In this document: positions 19,293-28,695 of the stretch, one piece after another
Position numbering within the stretch: position 1 is the stretch's first letter
Layout of the letters: each line of letters starts with the position of its first letter
From: Candidatus Dadabacteria bacterium
GTDB taxonomy: Bacteria; Desulfobacterota_D; UBA1144; Nemesobacterales; Nemesobacteraceae
Assembly: GCA_022827275.1 (NCBI GenBank)
Contig: JAJDTG010000015.1
Span: 67,646 to 131,645, forward strand
Length of the DNA stretch: 64,000 nucleotides
Direction: 5' to 3'
Notes under the pieces: generated by a model
Databases searched by the model: none
What the model saw: only the letters and a program-made list of their open reading frames with translations
Told to the model about the DNA's origin: nothing
Translations under genes and position numbers: made by a program

Positions 19293-20096
19293 TTAAAACA
19301 GCGTTTTAGTAAGTTTCATAACACCATTGATAAGGTCAGTTACTTCATCTTCTGAAGGCTCTTTTTCCTTGTTGTGGTCACATAGATTTCTAAGGTCACC
19401 GAGATATTGATTTGATCTCCATTGAGGAAGATCAATTACATTGGCATTTTTCAATGCGTCATTAAAGTCTGCAATTACAAGGTTTCTCTTCTTGATTCTG
19501 ATTCCATGGTTTCTGCAGACTTCCGCAATATGTTTTTCCATCACAACCCCTGCTATTGCACCCCCAGCTCTGAAAAAGCCATGCTTTACCAGTGCCATTG
19601 CGGCTTCTAATTCAGAGTCGAATAGGTCTGCCTGGACAATTTGTTTGATATCGAAGAGCGAACTTTCAAAACGGTCCCTAATGGCTTTGACTATCGCAAG
19701 TTGCTGTCTGAACCGAGGGATTGCTGCGTCAGGGCCAACAACAACTTCGTAACTCCTGCGAGTTATGTTAAGATCCATAAGGTAGTCGGATATCCGATAG
19801 CTTTCGTAGTCTATCTCTTTACGTCCCCTTGGTTTCTCGTAATGACCAGCAAAATCATCTAGACGGTCTGGGAGTAATTGACGTATAAGAGCCTTTGCTT
19901 CTGAATACCAAGTTTCATACTTCTCAGAAAAATTCGGCAAGTTGTCTAAAAACTCTGAAGTTTTATCCTTTAGTTTTTTTCTAACAAGGTTTTCATAATC
20001 TTCTGGGTCACATTCATAATGCATAGCATGAAATAGTTCGCTGCCCGTTTTTATGAGTTTTTCCAGATCATTCTTATGTCGTTCTAAATTATTCAA
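19293..20096 (-). CDS. HEPN-domain protein
   Basis: C-terminal RAGGAIAGVVME...LRNLCDH (RxxxxH). Confidence 0.75.
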   Translation of the reverse strand: MNNLERHKNDLEKLIKTGSELFHAMHYECDPEDYENLVRKKLKDKTSEFLDNLPNFSEKYETWYSEAKALIRQLLPDRLDDFAGHYEKPRGRKEIDYESYRISDYLMDLNITRRSYEVVVGPDAAIPRFRQQLAIVKAIRDRFESSLFDIKQIVQADLFDSELEAAMALVKHGFFRAGGAIAGVVMEKHIAEVCRNHGIRIKKRNLVIADFNDALKNANVIDLPQWRSNQYLGDLRNLCDHNKEKEPSEDEVTDLINGVMKLTKTLF

Positions 20097-20207
20097 TGAT
20101 AAGATCCCCGAAGATTGTTTGGAATGAAATCACTGTGTCGATTGTTTCGTGTGACTATAACAGATAATGGAAATCTTCACCACGATGAAACACATATAAG
20201 GATTTCC

Positions 20208-20230
20208 GTCTAGCTATGTATATAGTTCCC
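20208..20230 (-). repeat. IS1595 (ISNwi1-like) right terminal repeat at the island boundary
   Basis: gtctagctatgtatatagttccc; core-genome composition resumes just after it. Confidence 0.7.
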
Positions 20231-20232
20231 TT

Positions 20233-20245
20233 GGGGGGGGGGGGG
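20233..20245. repeat. poly-G homopolymer (13 G)
   Basis: Directly visible. Confidence 0.9.
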
Positions 20246-20419
20246 TAGTGATATTTTTTCCTCTGCGGTTAAAATGTTTCTCCGAATCCGGGCTTCCGCC
20301 TAGGATCCAAAGTACCTTTTTTAGCGTTTGAGGTCGGATTCTCGATAGCAAAAAAAACGCGGTTGCTCTGCGTTGCAAATTCCCCCGCGGCCCATCTTCG
20401 TCGCGTTTTGCATGGACAA

Positions 20420-23089
20420 ATGGAAGAAGATCCTCAAATATCGGAAGAAGAAGCCGAAGACCGGGAGTGGATCGAATCGCTTGAATACGTGATCGAAAAT
20501 TCCGGGCGCGAGAGGGCGGCAGAGCTGCTCCGAAAACTCAGGATTTACTCCCAGAAAAAAGGCGTGCAGATTCCCTACGCCGCAAACACCCCTTACGTGA
20601 ACACCATATCCGTGGAGGACCAGCCCTCTTACCCCGGCAACTACGAAATAGAGCGCAACATAAGAAGCATAATAAGATGGAACGCCATGGCCATGGTCGT
20701 GCGCGCGAACAGGATAAGCGACGGCATCGGCGGACATATCTCAACCTACGCCTCAGCCGCGACGCTCTACGAGATAGGGTTCCACCATTTCTTCAGGGCA
20801 GGCGACGAGAACAGGGAAGGGGACATAATCTACTTCCAGGGACACGCTTCGCCGGGCATATACGCAAGGGCGTTTCTCGAAGGCACGGTATCAATCGAGC
20901 AGATGCGCAATTTCAGGAGGGAACTCAGCGGAGACGGCCTCACCTCCTATCCGCATCCCTGGCTCATGCCGGGCTTCTGGGAGTTCCCTACGGTCTCGAT
21001 GGGACTCTCCCCCATAATGGCGATCTACCAGGCCCGTTTCAACAGGTACCTCGAGGACAGGGGTCTCAAGCCCCGCACCGACGCCAAGGTGTGGGCCTTT
21101 ATCGGAGACGGGGAAACGGACGAGCCCGAAACCCTGGGAGCCATCACGCTTGCGTCAAGGGAGAGACTCGACAATCTCATATTCGTGGTCAACTGCAACC
21201 TCCAGCGCCTTGACGGCCCCGTGAGGGGAAACGGCAAGATAATACAGGAGCTAGAAAGAATATTCAGGGGGGCAGGATGGAACGTGATAAAGGTCATCTG
21301 GGGAGGGACGTGGGACCCGCTTCTGGCCCAGGATAAAGACGGCTTCCTGGTCGAGAGGATGGAGGCGGCCCTTGACGGCGATTACCAGAGGTACACCATA
21401 TCTCCCGGGGACTACATAAGGGAGCATTTTTTCGGCACCCGCCCTGAAATCCAAAAGATGGTCGAGAAACACTCAGACGAGCAGCTTGAGAAACTCGCAA
21501 GAGGAGGCCACGACTCAGAGAAGGTCTACGCCGCCTACAAGGCCGCGGTTGAGAACACCGGTTCTCCCACGGTGATTCTCGCAAAGACCATAAAGGGCTA
21601 CGGCCTGGGGGAAGCGGGGGAGGGCAAGAACATTACCCACCAGCAGAAAAAACTGAACGAAGAGGAACTAAAGCGCTTCCGCTCCCGCTTTTACATACCG
21701 CTAACGGATCAGGAAGTGAGAAGAGCTCCCTTCTACAGGCCCGCTCCCGACAGCCCCGAGATGAAATATCTGCGCGAGAGAAGAGAAGCCCTCGGCGGAC
21801 CCGTCCCGAAGCGGGTCGTGCGCGCAAAGCCCCTTGAGAAGATCCCCGAGAAAGTGTTCGAGGAATTCAAAAAGGGCTCGGGTTCCAAGAGAAAAGTGGC
21901 CACTACCATGGTGATCGTCCACATGCTCTCAAGGCTCATGCGGGACAGGAATATAGGAGACCTTATAGTCCCCATAGTCCCCGATGAGGCGAGAACTTTC
22001 GGGATGGAGGCGCTTTTCCGCCAGGTGGGCATATACTCAAGCGTGGGACAGCTCTACGAACCCGTCGACGCGGACACCCTCCTTTACTACAAGGAGGAAA
22101 AGGACGGACAGATTCTCGAAGAAGGCATAACGGAGGCGGGCAGCATGTCCTCCTTTATCGCGGCCGGCACTGCCTACTCGACCCACGGCATAAACACCAT
22201 CCCCTTTTTCATCTACTACTCCATGTTCGGCTTCCAGAGGATAGGAGATCTTATCTGGGCCGCGGCCGACATGAAGTGCAGGGGTTTCATGGTGGGAGGC
22301 ACCGCCGGGCGGACCACCCTTGCGGGCGAGGGCCTTCAGCACCAGGATGGAAACAGCCATCATTTCGCCTACGCATATCCGAACCTGCGGGCTTACGACC
22401 CGGCTTTCTCCTACGAGATAGCGGTGATAGTCAGGGACGGGATAAAAAGGATGTACCAAGACGGGGAGGAGATATTCTACTACATAACGGTGATGAACGA
22501 GCGCTACGTGCAGCCCGCCATGCCTGAGGGGGTCGGGGAAGGTATAATAAAAGGGATGTACAAATTCGCCCCTTCGCAGATCGAGGACTCGGGGAAAAAG
22601 GTCCATCTTTTCGGAAGCGGAGCGATCATGAACGAGGTTCTCTGGGCAAAAGAGGTCCTTGAGAGCGGCTACGGCGTTCCGACCGATGTCTGGAGCATCA
22701 CTAGCTACAAGGCGCTTTACGATGACGCGAAGGAGACGGAGAGGTGGAACCGCCTCAATCCCGGGGAGAAGAGAAGAAAAAACTACATTTCAGAGTGCAT
22801 GGAAGCAGAAGACGGGGTATTTATCGCAGCGACCGATTACTTAAAAAGCCTTCCGGAGTCCGTTTCCGCCCACTTCCCAAGGCCCCTTGTTTCCCTTGGA
22901 ACTGACGGGTTCGGAAGAAGCGACACCCGCGAGGCGCTTCGCGACTTTTTCGAGGTCGACTACCGCCACATCGCGATCGCCGCGCTTTACGAGCTTACGA
23001 GGGAAGGCAGGATCGATGAAAAAACCGTCAATGAGGCGATAAGCGAATTTGGAATTGACCGGGGAAAGCCAAGCCCCTCGGTCACATGA
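20420..23089 (+). CDS. aceE: pyruvate dehydrogenase E1, homodimeric type
   Basis: GGHISTYAS, FQGHASPG, FPTVSMGL, GDGETDEPE, VPDEARTFG; start placed at the ATG at 20420. Confidence 0.97.
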   Translation: MEEDPQISEEEAEDREWIESLEYVIENSGRERAAELLRKLRIYSQKKGVQIPYAANTPYVNTISVEDQPSYPGNYEIERNIRSIIRWNAMAMVVRANRISDGIGGHISTYASAATLYEIGFHHFFRAGDENREGDIIYFQGHASPGIYARAFLEGTVSIEQMRNFRRELSGDGLTSYPHPWLMPGFWEFPTVSMGLSPIMAIYQARFNRYLEDRGLKPRTDAKVWAFIGDGETDEPETLGAITLASRERLDNLIFVVNCNLQRLDGPVRGNGKIIQELERIFRGAGWNVIKVIWGGTWDPLLAQDKDGFLVERMEAALDGDYQRYTISPGDYIREHFFGTRPEIQKMVEKHSDEQLEKLARGGHDSEKVYAAYKAAVENTGSPTVILAKTIKGYGLGEAGEGKNITHQQKKLNEEELKRFRSRFYIPLTDQEVRRAPFYRPAPDSPEMKYLRERREALGGPVPKRVVRAKPLEKIPEKVFEEFKKGSGSKRKVATTMVIVHMLSRLMRDRNIGDLIVPIVPDEARTFGMEALFRQVGIYSSVGQLYEPVDADTLLYYKEEKDGQILEEGITEAGSMSSFIAAGTAYSTHGINTIPFFIYYSMFGFQRIGDLIWAAADMKCRGFMVGGTAGRTTLAGEGLQHQDGNSHHFAYAYPNLRAYDPAFSYEIAVIVRDGIKRMYQDGEEIFYYITVMNERYVQPAMPEGVGEGIIKGMYKFAPSQIEDSGKKVHLFGSGAIMNEVLWAKEVLESGYGVPTDVWSITSYKALYDDAKETERWNRLNPGEKRRKNYISECMEAEDGVFIAATDYLKSLPESVSAHFPRPLVSLGTDGFGRSDTREALRDFFEVDYRHIAIAALYELTREGRIDEKTVNEAISEFGIDRGKPSPSVT

Positions 23090-23102
23090 CGAGGAACGTC
23101 AA

Positions 23103-24404
23103 TTGATAGAGTTCAGGCTTCCCGAACTTGGAGAAGGAATTGAATCCGGGCAGGTGATAGAGGTTCTCGTCGCGCCCGGAGACAGGGTCTCGCTTGAGCA
23201 GCCTCTGCTTGAGGTGGAAACTGACAAGGCCGCGGTTGAGATTCCTTCCCCCACAGACGGAACGGTTACGGACGTCCTTGTAAGCGCCGGGGACACCGTG
23301 GCGATAAACGATGTCCTTGTGAGGATAGACGGCGACTCGGAGGGCAAAGAGCCCGCATCAGAAGAACCCGCAGCTTCTGCCGCGGCGGATGAGGCAGAAG
23401 GGAAAAGTCCCGCCGCAACTGAAAAACCCGCAAAGGAAGAAAAAAAGCCTTCTCCGCCGAGAGCCCCGCGCGCAGACGACACGGCACCGTCAGGTTCCCT
23501 CAAAGTGGCCGCGGCGCCTTCCGTGAGGCGTCTTGCGAGGGAGCTTGGCGTTTCGCTCGGTTCCGTTACGGGCTCTGGCCCCAGGGGGAGAATCCTTGAA
23601 AAAGACGTAAAAGCCCACGCGAAGGCCATAATAAGATCCGCTTCCTCGGCCCAGGCGGCGGCGCCAGCAGAACCCGAGCTTCCCGATTTCTCAAGATGGG
23701 GGGAGACGGTTACAGAGAGTTTCTCGACCGTTAGGAAGCTTACGGCCGAGCGCCTCACCCAGGCGTGGGCGGCCCCGCACGTAACGCAGTTTGACAAGGC
23801 GGACGCCACTCGGCTTGAGGAGCTTCGAGGACTCAACAAGGAGAAGGTGGCCGAAGCCGGGGGGAACCTTACCGTAACCGCGATCCTGGTAAAGGCCCTT
23901 TCCCGGGCGCTTTCCGAATTTCCGAAATTCAATTCAAGCATACATATGGGCAGCCGCACGATCGTTTACAAAAAATACGTGAACATAGGGGTCGCGGTGG
24001 ATACCGAAAGGGGGCTTCTTGTCCCGGTGATAAGGGATGTCGACAAAAAAGACGTAACGCAGATATCCGTTGAGCTAACCGATATCTCTTCCCGGGCGAG
24101 GGAGAAGAGACTCTCTGCCGACAGGCTCCAGGGAGGCTCCTTCACCATAACCAACCTAGGGGGAATAGGGGGAACCTTCTTCACCCCGATTCTAAATCCG
24201 CCCGAGGTGGCCATACTGGGAGTATCGAGATCCTCCTTTGAGCCCGCGTATGTAGACGGGGAGTTCGTGCCGAGATTCATGCTTCCGCTTTCGCTTTCCT
24301 ACGACCACAGGATTATAGACGGGGCCGAGGCGGCCAGATTCCTGAGATGGCTCTGCGAGATGCTTGAAAAGTCTCCCGAGAGCATATTTGAGCAGGCGGT
24401 GTAG
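23103..24404 (+). CDS. aceF: dihydrolipoamide acetyltransferase E2
   Basis: Lipoyl domain VETDKA, E3-binding PSVRRLARE, SYDHRIIDG; TTG start after gagga inferred. Confidence 0.95.
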   Translation: MIEFRLPELGEGIESGQVIEVLVAPGDRVSLEQPLLEVETDKAAVEIPSPTDGTVTDVLVSAGDTVAINDVLVRIDGDSEGKEPASEEPAASAAADEAEGKSPAATEKPAKEEKKPSPPRAPRADDTAPSGSLKVAAAPSVRRLARELGVSLGSVTGSGPRGRILEKDVKAHAKAIIRSASSAQAAAPAEPELPDFSRWGETVTESFSTVRKLTAERLTQAWAAPHVTQFDKADATRLEELRGLNKEKVAEAGGNLTVTAILVKALSRALSEFPKFNSSIHMGSRTIVYKKYVNIGVAVDTERGLLVPVIRDVDKKDVTQISVELTDISSRAREKRLSADRLQGGSFTITNLGGIGGTFFTPILNPPEVAILGVSRSSFEPAYVDGEFVPRFMLPLSLSYDHRIIDGAEAARFLRWLCEMLEKSPESIFEQAV

Positions 24405-24410
24405 CAGACG

Positions 24411-25841
24411 ATGGAGAGAATAACGACTGAAGTGGCGGTAATAGGGGCGGGCCCGGGAGGGTATCCCGCGGCGTTTGCCCTAGCCGACAAGGGAAAGAAA
24501 GTCACGCTTATAGATCCTGAGGCAAACCCCGGAGGGGTCTGTCTCTACAGGGGATGCATACCTTCAAAGGCCCTTCTTCACGCGGCGAAGGTGGCCGAGG
24601 AGGCAAGGGACGCCGTGGATTTCGGCCTTAGCTACGGGGAACCGGAGATAGACCCCGGGAAGCTCTTTTCGTGGAAAGACGAGGTGATCTCCAAGCTAAC
24701 GGGCGGGCTTCGCACGCTTGTTAAGGCAAGAAAGGTAAATTACGTGCGGGGGAGGGCGTCTTTTACCTCTTCCAGCACCCTCCGCGTCGTAACGGCTTCC
24801 GGCGAGGAGCGGGAAGTCCTCTTTGAGAGTGCTATTATCTCAACGGGTTCTGTCTCGAGGAGGATCCCGGGAGTGGACAGTTCCCCGAACGTGGTTGATT
24901 CCGACGGCGCTCTCTCCATGGGGGAGATCCCGAGGAGCCTGCTTGTGGTGGGCGGGGGTTACATAGGCCTTGAGCTTGGGACTTTTTTCTCTTCCCTCGG
25001 CACCGAGGTCACGGTCGTTGAGATGCTCCCAGGGATCGTCCAGGGGGTTGACAGGGACCTCGCGAGGGTTCTTAAAAAGAGGCTCGATCAGAAATTTCGT
25101 TCCATAATGCTTGAAACAAAACTGATTTCTATAAGTGAGTTAGACAACGAAGTTAAAGTTTCATTTGAAGCTGATGGGAAAAGCTTCGAGGAGAAATACG
25201 AAAAGGTTCTGATCTCGGTCGGAAGGGTGCCGTACACAGAAGGTCTCGGCCTTCGGAACACCCGGGCCGTGGTGGACGAAAAGGGCTTTATAGAGACCGA
25301 CTCCCAGAGAAGGACGGCCGATCCGGCGATTTTTGCGATCGGGGACGTTGCCGGGGAACCCATGCTTGCCCACAAGGCGACCTATGAAGCCAAGATCGTG
25401 GCCGAGGTTATAACGGGAGCCAAGACCCAGTATGACCCAAGGGCCGTTCCGGCGGTCATATTTACCGATCCCGAGATCGCCTGGTGCGGGGTTACCGAAA
25501 GCGAGGCCAGGGAGTCGGGGATGGAAGTGGACGTGTCAAAGTTTCCGTGGGCGGCCTCGGGCAGGGCGCTTACGCTTAACAGGACCGACGGTCTAACGAA
25601 GCTGATAACCCACAAGGGGACCGGGAGAGTGGTCGGCGTCGGAGTTGTCGGACCGCAGGCGGGGGAACTCATATCGGAATCCGTCCTGGCGATTGAAATG
25701 GGCGCGACCGCTGAGGATATAGCTTTTTCAATACATCCTCACCCGACTCTCACAGAGACCATTATGGAAGCGGCAGAAGGCATATACGGAGCAAGCACCC
25801 ACATTATGAAAAGACGTTCGGGCAAATCCTCGCGGAAGTGA
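24411..25841 (+). CDS. lpdA: dihydrolipoamide dehydrogenase E3
   Basis: GAGPGG, GGVCLYRGCIPSK, HPHPTLTE. Confidence 0.97.
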   Translation: MERITTEVAVIGAGPGGYPAAFALADKGKKVTLIDPEANPGGVCLYRGCIPSKALLHAAKVAEEARDAVDFGLSYGEPEIDPGKLFSWKDEVISKLTGGLRTLVKARKVNYVRGRASFTSSSTLRVVTASGEEREVLFESAIISTGSVSRRIPGVDSSPNVVDSDGALSMGEIPRSLLVVGGGYIGLELGTFFSSLGTEVTVVEMLPGIVQGVDRDLARVLKKRLDQKFRSIMLETKLISISELDNEVKVSFEADGKSFEEKYEKVLISVGRVPYTEGLGLRNTRAVVDEKGFIETDSQRRTADPAIFAIGDVAGEPMLAHKATYEAKIVAEVITGAKTQYDPRAVPAVIFTDPEIAWCGVTESEARESGMEVDVSKFPWAASGRALTLNRTDGLTKLITHKGTGRVVGVGVVGPQAGELISESVLAIEMGATAEDIAFSIHPHPTLTETIMEAAEGIYGASTHIMKRRSGKSSRK

Positions 25842-26200
25842 CGGAGTAATATCCGGACCGCTTAAAGCTTCCTTTCTTTTTCAACTCATCTTTATAGTAA
25901 TATCTTCCTTAAGTCTGGTTGCGGGGATTATATGCAACAGAGAATGTTAATCCGGACCGCCCAAGGCCAGCCGGCAACAGGTTGTTTCTCTCCTTTCTCC
26001 ATGATATAGTTATGACTGTTCGTAGCTAAAAAGGGCCTCTTGTTAGATTTCCCTGGCATGACACTCGTTACAGGGAAATAAACGAAACGTTCGACCCTCA
26101 TATGGCTTTATGTGAGTTTTTGCTAGGATCTGGAGCCGGCTTGGAAGAAACAGCCCGCTCCTTCTTTGCCAGGTGGCCTGAACCAGGAGACCCGATCTTA

Positions 26201-26228
26201 TTGACAATGCGGGAAGAAGGTGTAGAAT
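26201..26228 (+). promoter_or_regulatory. rpsT promoter
   Basis: ttgaca-16 nt-tagaat; RBS ggagg before the ATG. Confidence 0.6.
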
Positions 26229-26261
26229 TCAACCTTCATTTTTAAACCCTGGAGGATTTTC

Positions 26262-26543
26262 ATGGGCCTTAGAACAAAATCGGCGCAGAAACAGCATCGC
26301 CAGAACTTGAAGAGACGAGAGAGAAACAGGTTCGTAACGTCCACTCTTAAAACCAAGATAAAGCGTTACTCGGAAGCTATCGGGAACGAGGACATCGAAC
26401 AGTCGCAGACTCTCCTGAAGGAACTGGTTTCCCTCACCGACAAGGCCGCCACGAAAGGGGTTATTCACAAGAAAAAGGCCTCAAGGTACATATCGAGGTT
26501 CTCAAAAAAGCTCTCGGCCCTCAACCAGAGCGCCGGCTCCTAG
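26262..26543 (+). CDS. rpsT: 30S ribosomal protein S20
   Basis: KSAQKQHRQ..RRERN...DKAATKGVIHKKKASR. Confidence 0.95.
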   Translation: MGLRTKSAQKQHRQNLKRRERNRFVTSTLKTKIKRYSEAIGNEDIEQSQTLLKELVSLTDKAATKGVIHKKKASRYISRFSKKLSALNQSAGS

Positions 26544-27502
26544 GTTTCCCGCGAGCAAATTCCCAGAAGAAGTTTCTCAAGAAGCACGTAGTTGTTCCCG
26601 GAACTGTTTTTGATTCCGAAGTCCGTTTCCTCTATAAGACCCAGTATCCTGCCTAGATCGCTCTCCCTGAAGTTGCGCACGCTTTTTTTAAGGTAAAAGA
26701 CGGCCCCGCGGGACGTTTTTATGGCCTTGGCGATGGCTTCATCGGATTTTCCTTCCCGAAGATGCTGGGACACCTTGAATATCTGGCGGAATCTCCAGGC
26801 AACCATGTAGAGTATGGAGAGGGGGTCCTCCCTGTTTCTCTCAAGCTCCCGGAGTATCCTGAGAGACCCCTTGAGGTCCCTGTTTGAAAGCGCGGTTGAG
26901 AGGGAAAACACGTTCTCGGTGCTTCGTTTCTCGATAAGCCCCCTTAACTCCCCCTCTCCCACGGGCTTTTTCCCGTCAACGTAAAGGGATATCTTCCCAA
27001 GCTCGTTCTTGACCAGGTTCATGTCCTCGCCGAGCATGGTTTTCACGAAACCCACCGCCCCGGGAGTAAGGGATATCCCGAGTCTTTCCCCGAGGCGCCT
27101 TATTTCCCGCTCGGGCTTGCTCCCACGGTCAAGATCGACAAGCTTTATGCCTTTTGCGGGCTTTGTCTTCCCTCTCCGGGATCCCCCCGAGAGCAGGACA
27201 AGCACGGAGGAAGAGGCCGGGGCCTCTGAGTATTCGTTTAGGAGCAGAAGATCGTCTTTCCCGAGACCGTCATACCCCTTTGCCACGATCAGTTTTTTCT
27301 CGTGGAACATGGGCAGCGTCCTCGCGTCCTCGACTATTTCCTGAAGGGAGGTGTCGTCTAGGTTCCTGCTCTCAACCAGAAGCTTGGGGGAACCGCTTGA
27401 GAGCTTCTTTTTTATCTCCTCGATAAAGTCCTCGACCAGAAGGGGCTGCGTGCTTTTAAGTACGGTTACCGGATGAATGTCGATGCTTTTCTCGGAAGGC
27501 AC
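26540..27502 (-). CDS. holA: DNA polymerase III delta subunit
   Basis: ARTLPMF...KNELGKISLY...TDFGIK; usual convergent position next to rpsT. Confidence 0.85.
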   Translation of the reverse strand: MPSEKSIDIHPVTVLKSTQPLLVEDFIEEIKKKLSSGSPKLLVESRNLDDTSLQEIVEDARTLPMFHEKKLIVAKGYDGLGKDDLLLLNEYSEAPASSSVLVLLSGGSRRGKTKPAKGIKLVDLDRGSKPEREIRRLGERLGISLTPGAVGFVKTMLGEDMNLVKNELGKISLYVDGKKPVGEGELRGLIEKRSTENVFSLSTALSNRDLKGSLRILRELERNREDPLSILYMVAWRFRQIFKVSQHLREGKSDEAIAKAIKTSRGAVFYLKKSVRNFRESDLGRILGLIEETDFGIKNSSGNNYVLLEKLLLGICSRET

Positions 27503-27545
27503 GACTTGGTTTTCTCCCTGGCCGAGGCGGTCTGCGGGCGGGACC

Positions 27546-27965
27546 CTATCGGCTGTTTATCTCAAGCTCGCTGAAGAAATATCCTATCTCATAGGCGGCC
27601 GATTCCGGAGAATCTGACCCGTGCACTATGTTCTTTTCTATGCCGGAGGCGAAATCCTTTCTTATGGTTCCGGGATCCGCCTGCTCGGGGTTCGTGGCGC
27701 CCATGATGGCCCTTACCCTCGAGATGGCCTCCTCTCCCTCAAGAACCATCACCACGCACGGTCCCGAGGACATGAAGTCCGTGAGGCTTGAGAAAAAGGG
27801 TCTTTCCCTGTGCACGTGGTAAAACCCCTCGGCCTGTTTCTTTGAGAGGTGTATCATCCTGAGAGCCACAACGCTTATCCCCTTCTCCTCGAACCTCCGC
27901 AGAACCTCGCCTATCAGGTTCGCTCCGACTCCGTCGGGTTTTACTATTGACAATGTTCTTTCCAT
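27546..27965 (-). CDS. ndk: nucleoside diphosphate kinase
   Basis: [24 protein letters not shown]. Confidence 0.98.
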   Translation of the reverse strand: MERTLSIVKPDGVGANLIGEVLRRFEEKGISVVALRMIHLSKKQAEGFYHVHRERPFFSSLTDFMSSGPCVVMVLEGEEAISRVRAIMGATNPEQADPGTIRKDFASGIEKNIVHGSDSPESAAYEIGYFFSELEINSR

Positions 27966-28070
27966 TTTCTGCCTCCGTTTGTATGTGATTGTGATGACTG
28001 TCTGACTGTCAGCTTCGCGGCGGGAGCTAAAACAGGATGCGCCGCTTCAGGGGGACTCGGTACCGTGTGT

Positions 28071-28502
28071 CTAGTATTCCTTCTCAAGCTTCCCTACCAG
28101 GTTCTTCCTTCTCCTTCGGCTTTTTATCCTGAGATACACCTTGTGCTTCAGATCAAGGGTGATCGGCAGGTCAAACTCACTGCTTACCATCTTGCAGAGC
28201 TCTTTTCCCTTGATGCCGGGCTTGCGGGAGATCGCGTCGTTCATGAAAGACCTGATTTTCCTTTTCCGGGTCTTCTCCGCCTTGTCCAGGATCTCGTTTC
28301 TCTCAGAGGCGTTCAGGTTTCTGAGGTAAGCGATCACCTCGGACCTAGTAGGCTCGTTACTCTCTTCTCTGGTCTTTTCTATCGCTGTTCTTATGAATTC
28401 GCTTGAGCTTATGCCTTTGCTGTCTGCGGTCGAACATACGTAGTTATAGTCATTTTCGGGAATCCTGAAACTCACGAGCTTGTCTTTAACTTCGGAAGCC
28501 AT
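28071..28502 (-). CDS. hypothetical DNA-binding protein with N-terminal ribbon-helix-helix
   Basis: LVSFRIPE...GISSSEFIRTAIE; very basic C-terminus. Confidence 0.6.
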   Translation of the reverse strand: MASEVKDKLVSFRIPENDYNYVCSTADSKGISSSEFIRTAIEKTREESNEPTRSEVIAYLRNLNASERNEILDKAEKTRKRKIRSFMNDAISRKPGIKGKELCKMVSSEFDLPITLDLKHKVYLRIKSRRRRKNLVGKLEKEY

Positions 28503-28695
28503 AGGTCACTCCGGAAAACCAGGTTCCGGCCATTAATGCTGAATCCGCATCGGGAAATTCCGCCCCCGGTTTCGGAACTAGATTCTAATTATTACGGTAT
28601 GAAGAATCAAGTGTTACACGGTTTTCATGCCGTGTTCGCGACCGCGCTCTGGAACAGGGCGGTTTTCTAGGTTATTCTGGTAGTGCCTGGTCCTA

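Larger units (their letters stand above)
2131..20230. mobile_element. defence/genomic island between dnaK and aceE, apparently built from IS1595-like cassettes
   Basis: AT-richer block holding an IS21, TA and anti-phage genes and orphan ORFs. Bounded by facing copies of the ~23-bp terminal motif at 2131 and 20230. Confidence 0.8.

Noticed and set aside
25923-25936. ggggattatatgc as an IS1595-like end outside the island
   Set aside because: No partner end or cargo, and only a short match.
26123-26165. Hairpin with ggaag...cagc as SRP RNA
   Set aside because: Lacks the conserved CAGG/GNRA/AGCA helix-8 geometry.
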